A stretch of DNA of 64,000 bases. Origin: Antedon mediterranea. Taxonomy: Eukaryota > Animalia > Echinodermata. Under the pieces are notes generated by a model. That model was not told the origin of the DNA and did not search any database. It saw only the letters and a program-made list of their open reading frames with translations. The stretch is taken from positions 35,275,648 through 35,339,647 of the forward strand of contig NC_092673.1 of the NCBI RefSeq assembly GCF_964355755.1. Reading direction: 5' to 3'. The first letter of the stretch is position 1. The number at the start of each line of letters is the position of its first letter. Below are positions 26,701 through 40,300 of the stretch, in pieces. Position numbers and translations under genes: made by a program.

Positions 26701-29700
26701 GAGATTTAAACCCGGGACCTTCTACTTGATAAGCAGATGTCCTAACCATTAGACCACTTAGACTTTTATAGTATAGTTTAAATTTGATTGGATAGTGACT
26801 CTTTAACGTCCTCTTCGTCATACGTTAGAAAATAGAATAACAAATTTAATCGACGTTAAAACTAAAAAAATAACTAATTTTTATTTGTTAGAGTGAACCA
26901 GTGCAGAATCGTCTATACAAAAGTTTAAAAGTCTGGTCTATGTATGCTGATTTGGAGGAATCCTTCGGAACATTTAAGGTAAAATTAAATAAAAAATAAA
27001 TTAGGTACATGATTTTGATTACTACTCCTATATAAAAGCCAATTTTTGTGACACATTCTTCATATTGAAAATACTCTCAGTTTGTATACAAATAAAATAA
27101 GCACTGAAAAAATGACAATGCTGTGTGTATCAGTGGTTGGATCTCATTGAGAGATACAAAATAAAATAAGCAAAAAGTTAAACCAAAAAGCCAGAAAGTA
27201 ATTACAGAGCTTTTCAATTTCTTGAAAAAAAAAATTGTATTGATTTTATTTATTTTTCTTAGTGTTTAATGTCATTGGGTATATTATTCCATATTTTGAA
27301 TCTGACCACAGGAAATGAATGATCTTGCAGAAATATTCAAACAATAGTTTTAAAGAGTCAGTCTCGAAAATATCTTTAAAAATTACGCTTATGATATTTA
27401 TCAAACTACAATTTCTTAATCCTGCAATTTCAAAATACTATTGCAACTTTTTTTTAAACATTGACAATGTTTTTTGTTATTGTACAGTCCACCAAGTCAG
27501 TTTACGATCGCATCATTGACCTTAGGATAGCAACCCCACAGATCATCATAAATTACGGCATGTTCCTGGAGGAGAATAACTACTTTGAGGAGGCTTTCAA
27601 AGGATATGAGAAGGGTATTGCTCTCTTCAAGTGGCCTAACGTTTATGACATATGGAATACTTACTTAACAAAGTTTATACAGAGATATGTAAGTGACTAG
27701 AGTAAGAACATAATACTACCCAGAAACATGTTCTGAACAAACATAGATCAAAATATTAAACTATTTTATGAAATGTTAAACAACATGCTTTAATTCAGTT
27801 GTTCTTTATTTTCCGCATACAACACATTATACATAATGTACATGGAGGATGCATATTTTAAGATTTGTGTTATGCAGAGCACATATCTTTAAGCTAATAT
27901 GGACCCTTAAAAAAATAAATATATATTGACAGTAAAAATATATCTAAAGATAAAATCAAAATTTACACCATTATGAATTTCCTATTAATGAATGAATTAA
28001 AACAAAAAAATAAATATTGTTGAAATAAATAATAATGAGAAAATATAGATATTAAAAATCTACAAAAATGAATGAAAACAATATAATTATTTCATTTTTA
28101 AATATTCAATACTATTTGATGTGGATTTTTACTTTTATTTTAGGAAGGAAAAAAATTGGAAAGAGCAAGGGATTTATTTGAACAGTGCCTAGAAGAATGT
28201 CCAGCAAAATATGCCAAATGTAATCACATGTTTGTTTAATTAATATGTTATTTGTTTAATTAATTTGTTACAAGGCAGTGAACCATACATGATGCCTTGT
28301 CGTTTTTATCACTTAAAAATATATAAAATATACCTATACCTGAGGGGTTATCCAATATGTTTATAATAAATTATTAAGTAATGTTATTCCATCCACCTTA
28401 CCCATTTGTTTCTTGCTGTAGCATTGTACTTACTGTATGCAAAATTAGAGGAAAATTATGGGTTGGCTAGGCATGCTATGGCAGTATATGAGAGAGCCAC
28501 CAAGGCAGTGTTACCAACAGAACAGTATGAGGTAAGCATGAACTTAAACCTTTAATGTAGAAACTACTTTAACTTAGCTAGACCTTCCAAACTGGGACGT
28601 ACTAAAGAGCTTTGTTTGCACTGTCAAACTATTTTGACAAAAAAGGTTGCCCAAATATGGTAGTGATATGCCCAAATATGGTAGTGATATGCCCAAATAT
28701 GGTAGTGATATGCCCAAATATGGTAGTGATATGCCCAAATATGGTAGTGATATGCCCAAATATGGTAGTGATATGCCCAAATATGATAGTGATATGCACA
28801 AATATGGTAGTGATATGCACAAATATGGTAATGATATGCACAAATATGGTAATAATATGCACAAATGGTAGTGATATGACATCATCATTTGTTTTCGCAT
28901 TAAGTTTGATAGTGTAAACAGAGCTTTTGGAAAAGAGGCCTACACACACTAGCTATGTAACAATAAGTGGTTGTATGTACCAGAATTTGTGAAAATTTGT
29001 ACTTTTGGGAATTTTGTGAGCTTTTTGATGATTTTAATATACTTTCTTGATTTTAGATGTTCAACATTTACATCAAAAGAGCAGCCGAGATCTATGGTGT
29101 AACGCATACAAGAACTACGTACGAGACGGCCATAGAAGTACTAGGGGATGAGCAAGCCAGAGAGATGTGCATACGCTATGCAGATTTGGAACGCAAACTA
29201 GGCGAGATTGATAGAGCACGAGCAGTCTATGCACATTGCTCTCAGATGTGTGATCCAAGGGTGAGTATAATTGTGGCATGATCCATATAATGCTATTTCC
29301 TATCCTTTCAATTGCTGTCATTTCATTCTGTGCATTTAAAGACACTCTATATCTCAAATAACTTTCTATCAATTAAGGTGTTTAATAAAACACAATATTA
29401 TTTATATTAATTAATAATATCCAGTTCAAGGAGTCATCCACTGTTCTAAAAATATCTATACTTAGTCCAGGGTGAACCTGAACTTGTATTCTTCTATACA
29501 ATCCTGTTGTTTTTTTTTTTATTTCTTTCTATTTGGAAGCTAAGCTGTCAGTACGTATGCCCTGGTCTACCTCATTTTGCTTACAAATATAGACTGATAA
29601 ACTACATTATTCTTCAGACTACCGCATCATTTTGGCAAACTTGGAAAGAATTTGAAATCAAGCACGGTAACGAGGACACTGTGAGGGAGATGTTGCGTAT

Positions 29701-31142
29701 CAAGCGTAGTGTACAAGCCACATACAACACGCAGGTCAACTTCATGTCAGCGCAGATGCTGTCTGCATCTAGTCAACTCACACCAGGCACAGGTAAACAC
29801 TGCCTGCATCTTGCTAGAAACCCTTTGTGCATCAACTTATATCATATAGGAAACCTTAAGTCTACACTGTTTAATGAATAATTAACTTGAAAATTATTAC
29901 TGTATATATTATAGTCTCAGAGGGCCTAGGTATATATAACATTTGGCAAAAGTTACAACATGGGTTTATAAAGTACACAAATTGCATTAACAATTTATAT
30001 TTGAGCATGGGAATACACGTAGGTATGGGATTATATTTGGGTCATATATGGTAATTTGGACTGTCAAAGAAGTTACATAATTAAAAAATATTACAGTATG
30101 TATAGGAAAATTGTATACAGCCAGGCTGGCATTAGTACTGTAAGTTTAAGTATACGATTATGGATGGGAAAAAATGGTCTATATCGAGGATAAAAAGTTC
30201 TTTGTACAACCAAAATAAAATGAAAACAAAGTTTGCAGAAACTGAAGGATCAGCCACTTAGCTTTCCTGTTTAACTAAGACTACTGTTGTTATGTTTTAG
30301 TGTCTGACCTAGGCTCAGGTGGTATGGATGATATGAAGATCTTGGAGCAAAGAGCACAAGCATTGGCTGCTGAAGCAGAGGCTGATAAACCAAAGACCAA
30401 AAAGGATATCCTATTTGTCAGGTATAATTCCCTTTATATTCACTTTCTAAATGTTTGAATACTTTCTTATAAGGCAGGGATATGATAAATATCAAATAAG
30501 ATTATGAATGGGTCAATAAAGCTTTTGTAACTGAAGGCTTATATTACAATTAGACAATATGTACAAGTTCCTGATATTAACTGCACAAATCCAGTTTGAA
30601 TATAGACATGTGTAGTGTTGCCCAACTACATACAAGCTATGCACATCTACACAAATTTAACAAGTAGCAACTAATATACTTACTTTGGTTGGTTTGTACA
30701 CCTCTCCTGCATGTCCTCACTTTTATATGACAGCTGCTTAACTGTAACCTTCGCAGTTTCTGTTTTATTATCTGTTACACCTGTTATTCAAAGCAGCTAA
30801 TTTACATTTAAATATTACCATTGTTTGTTCCAACCAGAAAGTTAGAAAGTATTCTGGAATTTTAATAAATTGGAAACAAATTCTTCAATATTACCAATTC
30901 ATATCTTGAAATTATTGTAACTGAAGAGGTAACTATATTCCTATCATTTTTTGTTCTTTAGGAGTGACAACAAGGCCACCAACGAAGAGCTGGAGGAGGC
31001 AGTCAGGACTGCCAATCCTGAAGAGATTGCCATTGATAGTGACGATGATGACGAGAGCGAAGCTGATGTAGACGAGGTCAATATTGAGAAACAATCTGTC
31101 CCATCTGAAGTTTTTGGCGGAATTAAAACTACACAAGAATAA
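20709..31142 (+). CDS. XAB2: Pre-mRNA splicing factor SYF1 / XAB2 (HAT repeats), complete, about 20 exons
   Basis: Exons: 20709-20744, 22277-22425 ([21 protein letters not shown]), 22881-23004, 23265-23462 ([12 protein letters not shown]), 23695-23829, 24063-24227, 24545-24604, 24694-24778, 24901-25052 ([18 protein letters not shown]), 25501-25620, 26069-26169, 26512-26587, 26892-26978, 27488-27688, 28144-28219, 28422-28531, 29057-29260, 29618-29792 ([17 protein letters not shown]), 30301-30421, 30962-31142 (NPEEIAID). The junctions I checked are GT-AG and in phase. Confidence 0.97.
21203..21954. mobile_element. Foldback/MITE with near-perfect TIRs of about 140 bp in XAB2 intron 1
   Basis: 21203-21350 is the reverse complement of about 21815-21954, flanked by a ttatt(a) direct repeat. 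Confidence 0.88.
22437..22762. mobile_element. Degenerate MITE in XAB2 intron 2
   Basis: acatgtattgtcccccaaaaaca versus tgttcagggggacaatatatgt. Confidence 0.55.
23490..23592. mobile_element. MITE family A, internally deleted copy
   Basis: tctgtctacactatcaaac ... gtttaatagtgtaaacagagc. Confidence 0.75.
26690..26765 (-). mobile_element. tRNA-derived repeat in XAB2 intron
   Basis: The reverse complement gtggtctaatggttaggacatctgcttatcaagtagaaggtcccgggtttaaatctcgg has degenerate A/B boxes and no intact cloverleaf. Confidence 0.55.
28605..28927. mobile_element. MITE family A copy with expanded 21-bp internal array
   Basis: TIR ends with about 11 copies of tgcccaaatatggtagtgata between them. This is the source of the MPKYGSD/CPNMVVI pseudo-ORFs. 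Confidence 0.88.
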
Positions 31143-31907
31143 TTGACAGACACACCCAAGCAAAAACGATTAATTTCCAAACATAATTTTACTTTTTTAT
31201 GTATAAAATGGTATATTATGTGTTGAAATAGTAACAACAAAATAAAAAATACATTATAAACTATAATTTAGGTTATATACAAAGTTAATAATGTGAGCAA
31301 GATGTTTTGATGGGGTTTGGCGCGATAATAAAATGCATTTTTCAGAAATTATAATATTGAGTCTTTTGAATACAGTATAACTTTAAATATAAGGCACATA
31401 CTTAGACATTAAACAAGTTTCCTTTCATAAATCTTTAAATTGAATGCATGCAGGATTATGTTCATTGTTAATCAAACTGAAGACATATTTGGAAACTGTA
31501 ATGTAAATATGCACCAGCAACCAATAACACATTATTTGTCCAGCATCAGACAAATGTGGTATTATTTGTCCAGTATCAGACAAATATGTTTTAAAGTATC
31601 TAATACTGGCATGTGCTACAACAATAATGCTAAAGCATTTTAATGATGACAGGCTGGATTTAGAGGGCGACGCATGACACAATGCGCTCCCTTTTATACA
31701 CAATGCTGGATCTGCTCCTGGATGGATCATTCATATTTGGATTCTCATAAAGTATGGAATGTTGCTTACAACTCATTAAAGCTATACTCACCATCTTACT
31801 ATCAACGAACTTTATAATAAATTAAACTTTTACATTAAATATAGTTTTACATAATAGAAAACGATCACTTGATAACTGATCATGATGTCACTTGACTACT
31901 GATGATG

Positions 31908-34900
31908 TCATGAAGATGAAGGTATTGTTGGCATGGTGATGGATACTGGTATAGACTGTAATATAATGTTCTCACTGTTTTCACTAAATATCTGCAATGC
32001 ATCTGACGACAGTAGAGATTCAACTGTACCACTATGATCTGTGCTTGAGTGTGAACCATTATTGTTTGTGTTTGGTACTAATATTGCTATCTCGTGATTG
32101 GACGATTCTCCTACAAGTTGATGAACTCTGTGACCTTTGGACTGATTGACAGGAAGTCTGCTCAGATGCTCAACATTACCTTCTTGCGTCATCACATCTG
32201 ATAGGTTTAACTGGTCTTGTGATGTATCTGACGAACTTTGATCAGATAAGCTGGAGTCAGCATTTAATTCCGAATTTAAGCTGCTAAAGTTTTGTGCTAG
32301 AGACACTAATATCTGTTGGTTGGCTGGTGATAGTGTTGTATGCTGCAATTGTGGTTGTTGGTTATGCATGCCTAGCAGCTGCTGTGAATGTACAGGTGTA
32401 TTTCCAAGTAGCAAATTTTGCAGCACAGACACATGTGATGCTTGAAATACCAGCGCCGGTTGAGACTGGTTTGAACTGGTTGAACTGCTTTGTTGTGCAG
32501 CTGCATTTGTTGAATTCAAAGCAACAGCTACATTGTAACTTGGTGGAGGATGTGTTGCATTGAGAACAGCTGCATTTTGTATAGCCTGAGCCGCTGCCTG
32601 CCCTGTCGCTTGATTGGTGAGTAGTTGCTGCTGCAACTGCTGCCCGAAAAATTGCCCCTGCATTTCCGAGAAAAGCTGAGCAATTTTGCTGCATTCAAAT
32701 GTTTGAGAATCAGTGTGGTTAGCTTGAGCCAACTGGGCTAGTCTTTGTTGTTCTTTCTGCCTCTGCTCTGCAAGTTTCTGCTGTTGTAGCTGCTGTTCTA
32801 TCAATTGCTCTTGCTGTTTCTTTCGCTGTTGTTCAGCTAGTTTATGCTTTTTTAGCTGCTCTTCCACCAAACGCTGTTGCTGTTCTATTCTCTGTCGTTT
32901 CTCTTCTAAATGCGACTGCATCTTCTCCAGATTTGATTGATGTTGCTTCAACTCTTCCTATACATTAAAAATTATATTATCTATGTTAATAAAGGCTTCA
33001 CATAAACTGCACACATTATTAAATTTATTATTATTTAATTTTGTTAAAATATGTGGTGTCATGTCCTCTCTAAAGACTTTCTGAAAATTGGGAGCTTTTG
33101 ACTTTACTACAATTCTTAATAAAGATGTTTTATACTGTGGTTATTTGAGAGTATATGACTTTAATATATTTTGGTCAATTGAAATACTGGGAAGGGGGTA
33201 AATTTATTTTATTATGGTACTAAAATATGTTTGTGTAAGTGTTAAAAGGTTATTTTTTATCCTATTAGTAGTAGAATGTTACCAAATATTTAAAAATGAA
33301 ATTTACCGGTGACATCTCTTTGGTGTTGGGTAGTGTTTCAGTTGTGTTCAGCCCACCATCTGTAGGAGTGGCCTTACTGCTACTACCACCAGTATTATTA
33401 CTACTAGTAACAGCAGTAGTACTAGGCTCTGAGGAAGTTCTTGTTGATAGCTTTGGTTGCTTATGGTATGGGTTCTTCTCCCAGTATTTCTTCAATCCAT
33501 GTGGTGGGGGTTCACGATTACCTCCCGTTACTTGCATTTGTTGTTTGACTCTACCAATTGTCCTCGCACTGCTTCCAGTAACCATAGCGATGAAGTTGAA
33601 GCAGTTAGTTCTTCCACCTGAAAACAAATCATGGCATTGAACAATTACAATTACAGTAGAACTTGTATTAGGGAAACTTTTGGAACCCTCAATAAGGATG
33701 TCCCTCTAAATAGGGTTTGTTAAAACATATACATATTGCAGCTTTTCGTTTCATGGGAAAATGTTCTTAATACAGGTATCCCATGGAATCCTATTGGATT
33801 GATTGTAATAGAGATGGAGAAGCAATCAACTCTTGGAAACAGCAAATACATTAGGATCTCTGTTGGCAGTTTGTGTGGGTCAACAAAGTTGACAAAGATC
33901 TATATAAGGTAATTACTTATTACCTGATGGAATGAGCATTTCAGCCAATACTTTCCTGGCTTCAGTCTGACTTGAGGTTGCTCTTTCTCTCCAATTTTTC
34001 ACCAGAACTCCATAAGTCTTGGCAAGCTGAAAAATATATATAAAATATCAATTTTTTTTTTGGAAACACACAAAAAAAGTTTAATAGTACTATACTATAT
34101 TCACACCTTCATTTAAAAGGAGCGCGATCGTGCTGGCGCTCCTCCACGCTCCTAAAAAAAATATAAAATAGCTCTCCTTAATTCTTCCAGACAACAACAA
34201 AAACTGTGTTTTTCGTTAAAATTATATGTTAAATTAACTGCATGAATAGAAATTTCCCACAATGTCGAATATAATAAGAATTTTTCAACAATGAAAGAGG
34301 CACCGGCAAAAAAATGTTACAAAATCAAGTTCCTTGAAAATTTAAGGGGGGGAGCTATTCAGTGCTCTCTTCTTATTTCTTTAGATAAAGGTCTGTATAT
34401 TTTGATTTTGCTTGAACAACAAATACATCTAAAAATGTATGTTGCAATGCGTTAGTTAGTTTGCACGTTGAATTTATTTCATCACATGTTTATCATACTT
34501 ACAAGTATACATTGATCATCGCAGCATTTTTCATTCTGCAACTCTTCAATCGTCTTTAGTAGACCACGCGCCGACTTTCCACGTACACGTTGCACCCTCC
34601 AAGGTCGGGCTTCAGTCTTGAGACCACGATGTAAAAAGTTGTTTGAATATAGCAGCACTTTCTTAACGGCTACTTCACATATTTTCAACTCTCGTAAATA
34701 CTGTCTCTTCTTCAGAACAAATTCTTCATATTCTTTGGATTTCTTGTGTCCATTACCAAGACCTATTTTTCTACTCACAAAAAAATTATTAAATATTATT
34801 AATATTTTTGTAAGTGAAAAAAATTGCATATGGAAGAATAATCATATTAGTGAAGTTAGATTAGAATTCTCTCTGAAATGTTGAGATTCTTTCAAATTTT

Positions 34901-37082
34901 GGAATTACATGGTGAAACACAAACATAGCTTTACTAATATATTATTTAGTGTTTATTTATTATTTAGTGTTTATTTACCTGGAAATCAAAAATATAAATA
35001 TATAAAAAGGTCCAAATATCTTACTTTCTTCCTTTACAATCAACAGACTCTTCATCATAGCATTTCTTTAGCCTTAAAACTTTAGCTTTTTTAAATAAAT
35101 CAAGTAAAGTGTTGGCGCGTGCTTCCCATCCTTCAGTACCATCTACAAGAAACATAGCAAATAAACAACCGTGTTTAAATTGTTAAAATCAAAAGCAAAA
35201 CTATATAAAAACAATGATATTCAATGTTCTATATACAAAAACACAAATTCTTTACTGTACTGTAACAAACATAGGGAATATATACAGTAGCTTGGGGAAA
35301 TGTCAAAATTTAATTCCATGATAATGATGAATTAAATTAACTATAATAACTTGTTTTTCGGACATGCATGAATGATTTTTTTGGGGTGGGTGGAAGAGAT
35401 GGAATAATATGGTTCGTAATTACTGAGCAAGGGGATGGCTTGCTTTATATACATGTATATGTGTGAGCCAATTAAGAGCTGTTTCAGAGCATAGATTTCA
35501 TTTGTTGAAATATAATAAAATACTAGTGAGTCAAACGGCTAATCTCCTGTTGATTTTTATCATTTAAAATTATGCCTTGTGTGTAACACTGAAGCTAATA
35601 AATAATTGTTTTTCTCACCCTAAGAGTACAGTAGCATATTCCGAGCAATACAATTTAGTACAGGTTAGAAACTAATGTAATCTTACCATCACCATAAATA
35701 TACTTTTGAAGACAACCACATGGTCTTGATTTGAATATATTACAGGTGAACCTTGCAGCTAAATATGAAAAATAAAATAGACAAATTGAATTTTAAGATA
35801 ATACAATGTTTTGAAATAAATGTTTAGTATAAAATAAGATGTGTACAAGAAATAAATAATGAGGCTTGTTATTTTACAAATGGTACTTCACACTATAATA
35901 TTTTGTTATTTACACGTTTCTACAAATTAATAAAAATATTAATTTTCAAAAGTGCTGTTCCTACCTTCGGGATCATTCAATCTTGTTGCCATCGACTGCG
36001 CAAACTTCTCGCAATCCTCTGCAAATTTTTTGCGATCAGCTTCTGTGGCGACTGGAGGTTTAATTCGCACCGACTTCTGTTGTCGGTTAAAAAGCAAACC
36101 TAAAAACAAAATAATATTACAGTAATACACTCATTTATTTTGCTACTCACAATAAACTGCATGTATTCACATTTACAGTGTTCTAATATACTTACCACAT
36201 GCATTGCATAGTATCAGTTTTTTGCCTGTTTCTGGGTCAACTTTGTAGCGAGGGGCCGGCGCCCTCTTTGGATCTTTCTTTGAGATGCTTCGTTTTGGAT
36301 TGACAATATAAGGAGACTTACAATTATCGCAACAAAATGGTTTTGCTGAAAAAGAAATTTTCAATTAATTATTGTGCATGAATATAGTTTATAGTTATGT
36401 TAATATAGCCCTCAGTTCAAATCAAACCTACAACCTTTCAGTGCACCAACCAGGTCCAGGTCCATAATATAAACTCAAAGCCTACCAGAATAAACTCAAA
36501 GCCTACCAGATTTTTCGGCTCCAGATGACTTTGGTCCCCTCTTCTTAGCTTTCACTATTTCTTGTTGGATGTCTGGTGACACTGCTCTCTGCTTGCGAAC
36601 TCTTCCACCTCTGCGTAATCCGGGTGTTGATGATGGCGCACAAGTTAACATAGTAGTTGCCTGTTCAACAACCGAAGCAGGTTCACTTATTATTCCTGCA
36701 AATTTTGAATACAATAAAACTTACAAAATAATCAGCTCAATTCAACACATTTAAATGTAATGTTATATAGGCCTAGATTTTTTTTAACTAACCATATACA
36801 ATATTATCATATACTATTTTAATATAAATTAATGTTTAAACCAGTCACCCATTACACATGACTACCTGTCATAAACCTTAGGCTTAAAATATCATAATAA
36901 GGCCACGCACACGAAACGACTTTGTTCCGGTGGAGTAATTCGTCTTGCCTAATTTTTGGAAGATCAGCCTTGGCCCTAGCCTAGCTATAGTAACTATTTT
37001 CCTCAATATAAAAGCAAACATTTAAATGTAAATCATCCGTAAGGTTACCTGAAATATCATACATATCGCTGTTACTTTCCAT
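31908..37082 (-). CDS. Uncharacterised protein: atypical GATA-like C4 zinc finger, two Cys-rich modules, coiled-coil/Gln-rich low-complexity C-terminus (10 exons)
   Basis: Phase-consistent GT-AG exons 37049-37082 (ATG), 36507-36695, 36196-36345 (CDNC-x37-CNACG), 35965-36099, 35687-35758 (CNIFKSRPCGCLQKY), 35025-35142, 34503-34770, 33924-34026, 33307-33617 and 31908-32957 (Q-rich). Confidence 0.85.
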
Positions 37083-37386
37083 TGTATTTAACGCAAGAAA
37101 GCATTCGAATTTACAATTAAAACAACAAATTATTTAGTTTACTGGCTCCCTTTTCTACTTGAAATCCTGCGCACACAAACAAAATTCGCCGATTAAATAT
37201 TGAGGGGGTAATTCATTTTTTATTAAAAAAAGTCACCGACAATATAGAGGGGGTAATTTAACTTTCTTTCACACACAGCACACACTACTGGAGGTGGTAT
37301 TTCCAGGTACACTTTATAGGCTGTATTCACACTGGTCATCATCACAGAACAACTTGAGGATTTCCCTTTAATTATACGTTAACGCA
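37083..37386. promoter_or_regulatory. Compact bidirectional promoter between the zinc-finger gene and the SelJ-family gene
   Basis: Divergent ATGs about 300 bp apart (37082 minus, 37387 plus). The motif gagggggtaatt occurs twice (about 37202 and 37247). Confidence 0.6.
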
Positions 37387-40300
37387 ATGGAGAAAATCAG
37401 TTCATCGGATACGACTGTAAACAACAGACGAATTGCTTCAGTTATTGGATGTTTCATAGCCGATGCTGCAGGTAACTTGCTCTTAAAATACACCACAACT
37501 ATTTAGATTAATTATTCTATACCATGGTCCATGACTAGACTTTTTTTAATTGATCAGAAGACCTTGACACTATTTTCAGTCCTAGTAAAGCTTGTTTTTC
37601 TTATATGTATAAAGGGTGTAGATTCAAATTTGCATATAAGCAAATTAGACATGTTTTATTTAAATGTATTCTTTATATAAATTCCAAATCATACTGAGTA
37701 AGAAATGTATTTGTTTGATTTTTACAATAAAAAAAAGGATATAAGACAAATAAGTATATTAAATATGAATGAATAACATCTAGTATACCACCATATTCTT
37801 CTTATAGCACAGCCATTGCATTGGAACTATGATCTAAAAAAGCTGGATGAAATAGTTGGAGATAAACCAATGGAATTCTGGAATCCCTCCAGGAATCCAT
37901 TTTACACCCTTCCAACTGGACGGAATACTGTGTATGGAGACCACATCATGAGTTTGCTGAAATCTGTCTATACAGCAAAAGGTGAAACTCTCACTGTAAA
38001 CTACAGTTAATGATTCAAGTTTCGTAATACGCATGTGGTTACATAATTATTTTACATCTGCTAGATTTAATGATTTAAGTTCGCAATATGAGTGTTGGAA
38101 AGTAGGCTGGGTTCCAGACGGAGTTTTTTCTTAATATTAGTAAAAAGATAAATATTTTTAACAAATACATTTATTAATTCATCATTTGTTTCACTAATAA
38201 TTACGAGATATATTTTTGTATTTATATATTTATTCATTTAACAGGTTTTAGTGCAGAAGAATACGCTAAGGAACTTGTAAACATGTTTGGTCCTGATAGT
38301 GACTATGAAAAACAACCTCTAAATGCTATCGTAGTCGATAAAGATGTAAAGAAGAAACTTCCAATTGAAGGACCCTGGCGTTCCGCCTGCGTTAAATATT
38401 TCTTGCAGAATCACCTTGGTGACGGTCAAGAAAATAGTAGGTTATGTCATAGCCTCTTTTCTCTCAAAAATTGTTTTGTTCTTCATAAAAATTGTTTTAT
38501 AACTAGTATATACTAAAAATTAAATTTAAATTTCTGTATTGAAAAAAGTCTCTACTGAAAGTTGATCCTTTGATAGTTTACCTCCGCCAAGGAGGTATAT
38601 GTAATCGGTAGCGTGTGTTTGTTTGTTTGTTTGTTAGCAGGATTACTCAAAAAGTAATTACAAGATCTTTACCAAAATGAATATACAGATAGATATGTGG
38701 TCAAGGACCATTCTATTAAATTTTGGGACCATTGTCCCAATTCTGGACCTCTTTTTAGTATACTTTTCAGACCTGCTAGTGTTAAAAGATAGGACAGAAT
38801 TTTTCAACAGCCGGCGAGCAGTCTTAAAGTAAACAAGTATACTGAAATTGCATTTTCTCGAGAACTAGTTTGTGATTTGTAATTTTAAAACATAATTTGA
38901 TTTAATGTGCACGTTTTTTTATGCCAGTAGTTTAAAAAACCTATTTTCTTTTCAAATTCACTCGTTTGATTTTCGCGTTGCTGTTCTATTGTTAGTCAAC
39001 TGAAACTATTGTTAATTGAAAGGCTTCTTACATAACCATTACACCAAACTCGCATACACATGCTTGTAGTGAAATTAGCCTAAATCACAAACAGCATTAA
39101 GACACACACAAATATATATATATATATTTTTTACCGGAGAAATCTTATGTAGGAGAATTTTACAGTAGGCGGAGGTATGCACTCTCGGAGTGGCTTTCTA
39201 GTTCTAGATGTTGTTACAAAGTTAGCTTATATTATTATATCTTCATAATATGTAATTGCAGGTTTTGCTGCTGTTGGGTGCATATATAAAAATAAAACTG
39301 ACTCGTGCTAATTTAGCTACAGTACATGTACTTTTTGAGTTTTAAATCATTTATAATTTTAATAACAATTTCAGATTTAGATAAAATGAAGGACATGCAC
39401 GCTGTGGTTCCAGTGGTACCAATTGTTGCAGTGTATGCTGGGAAGGAAAATATGCTAGAAATGGTTGAAGCTTCGATCCGGGTCGTGTTGACGTCGCAAA
39501 AAGCTGTGTCATACGGATTAGCTGCTGCTAGGTAATAATGACCTTGAAATAACAATGTTAGCTTTACAGTTGGCTTTTAAATATCTCTTTCAAAATGTCC
39601 TTTTATTTACCACAAACAGCTTATTTCGTGTTCCACTTCATTGCTGTCAGGAAACTGACATTGTTTATCAATTTGGCTGTAAATACTCTACTATGTATTG
39701 ATTACCTGGATAAACCAACAATAGTCTTTGTATATAAGAATGAGAAATAAACTCCAAAAGGTAAAGTATTCATTGAGCACACCTCTCCATAAATGGTAGA
39801 GTCATTGAAGCATCCCCACACATCGTCATTCTTTTCAAGTTGAATAAGCTACAGTAGGTCATGTCAATAGTGTGCGCATGCAGGGGAAGTTGGGATGTGC
39901 CTCCTCAATCACATCAAAATAGTTTAGGTAGTTTCTGGGTTCAGGCGACCGATGACACATCGATTGATTGACGTAACTTGTTCCCATGTCATTCGGTCAT
40001 TGCAAAGTAAAAGTTTCACCCAAACAACTATTTTACCTCCAAAAAATGATTGCAAAGTTACACAACAATTTTTATTGCAAAGAATAATAAAGTTTAACAT
40101 AACTTCATTCAGAATTCTTGAGCAGTACATCTTGTATGGAGAGAAAGCAGATAATGCTTTGGACGTTGTCATAAAAGAACTCAAGAATCCTGAGAGAAAG
40201 AACCCAACACCATTAGATGCTACAATAGCTGATGAGTTCCAGGCAGTGATAAATGCAAAAGACATTCCTCATAGAAAAGCAGCGACAGAAGTCTTCAAAA

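Noticed and set aside
28574-28949. Four overlapping repeat-peptide ORFs ([28 protein letters not shown])
   Set aside because: Artefacts of a 21-bp array inside a MITE in an XAB2 intron.
32294-32694. Alternative-frame ORFs over the Gln-rich exon
   Set aside because: Shadow frames of CAG/CAA-rich coding sequence.
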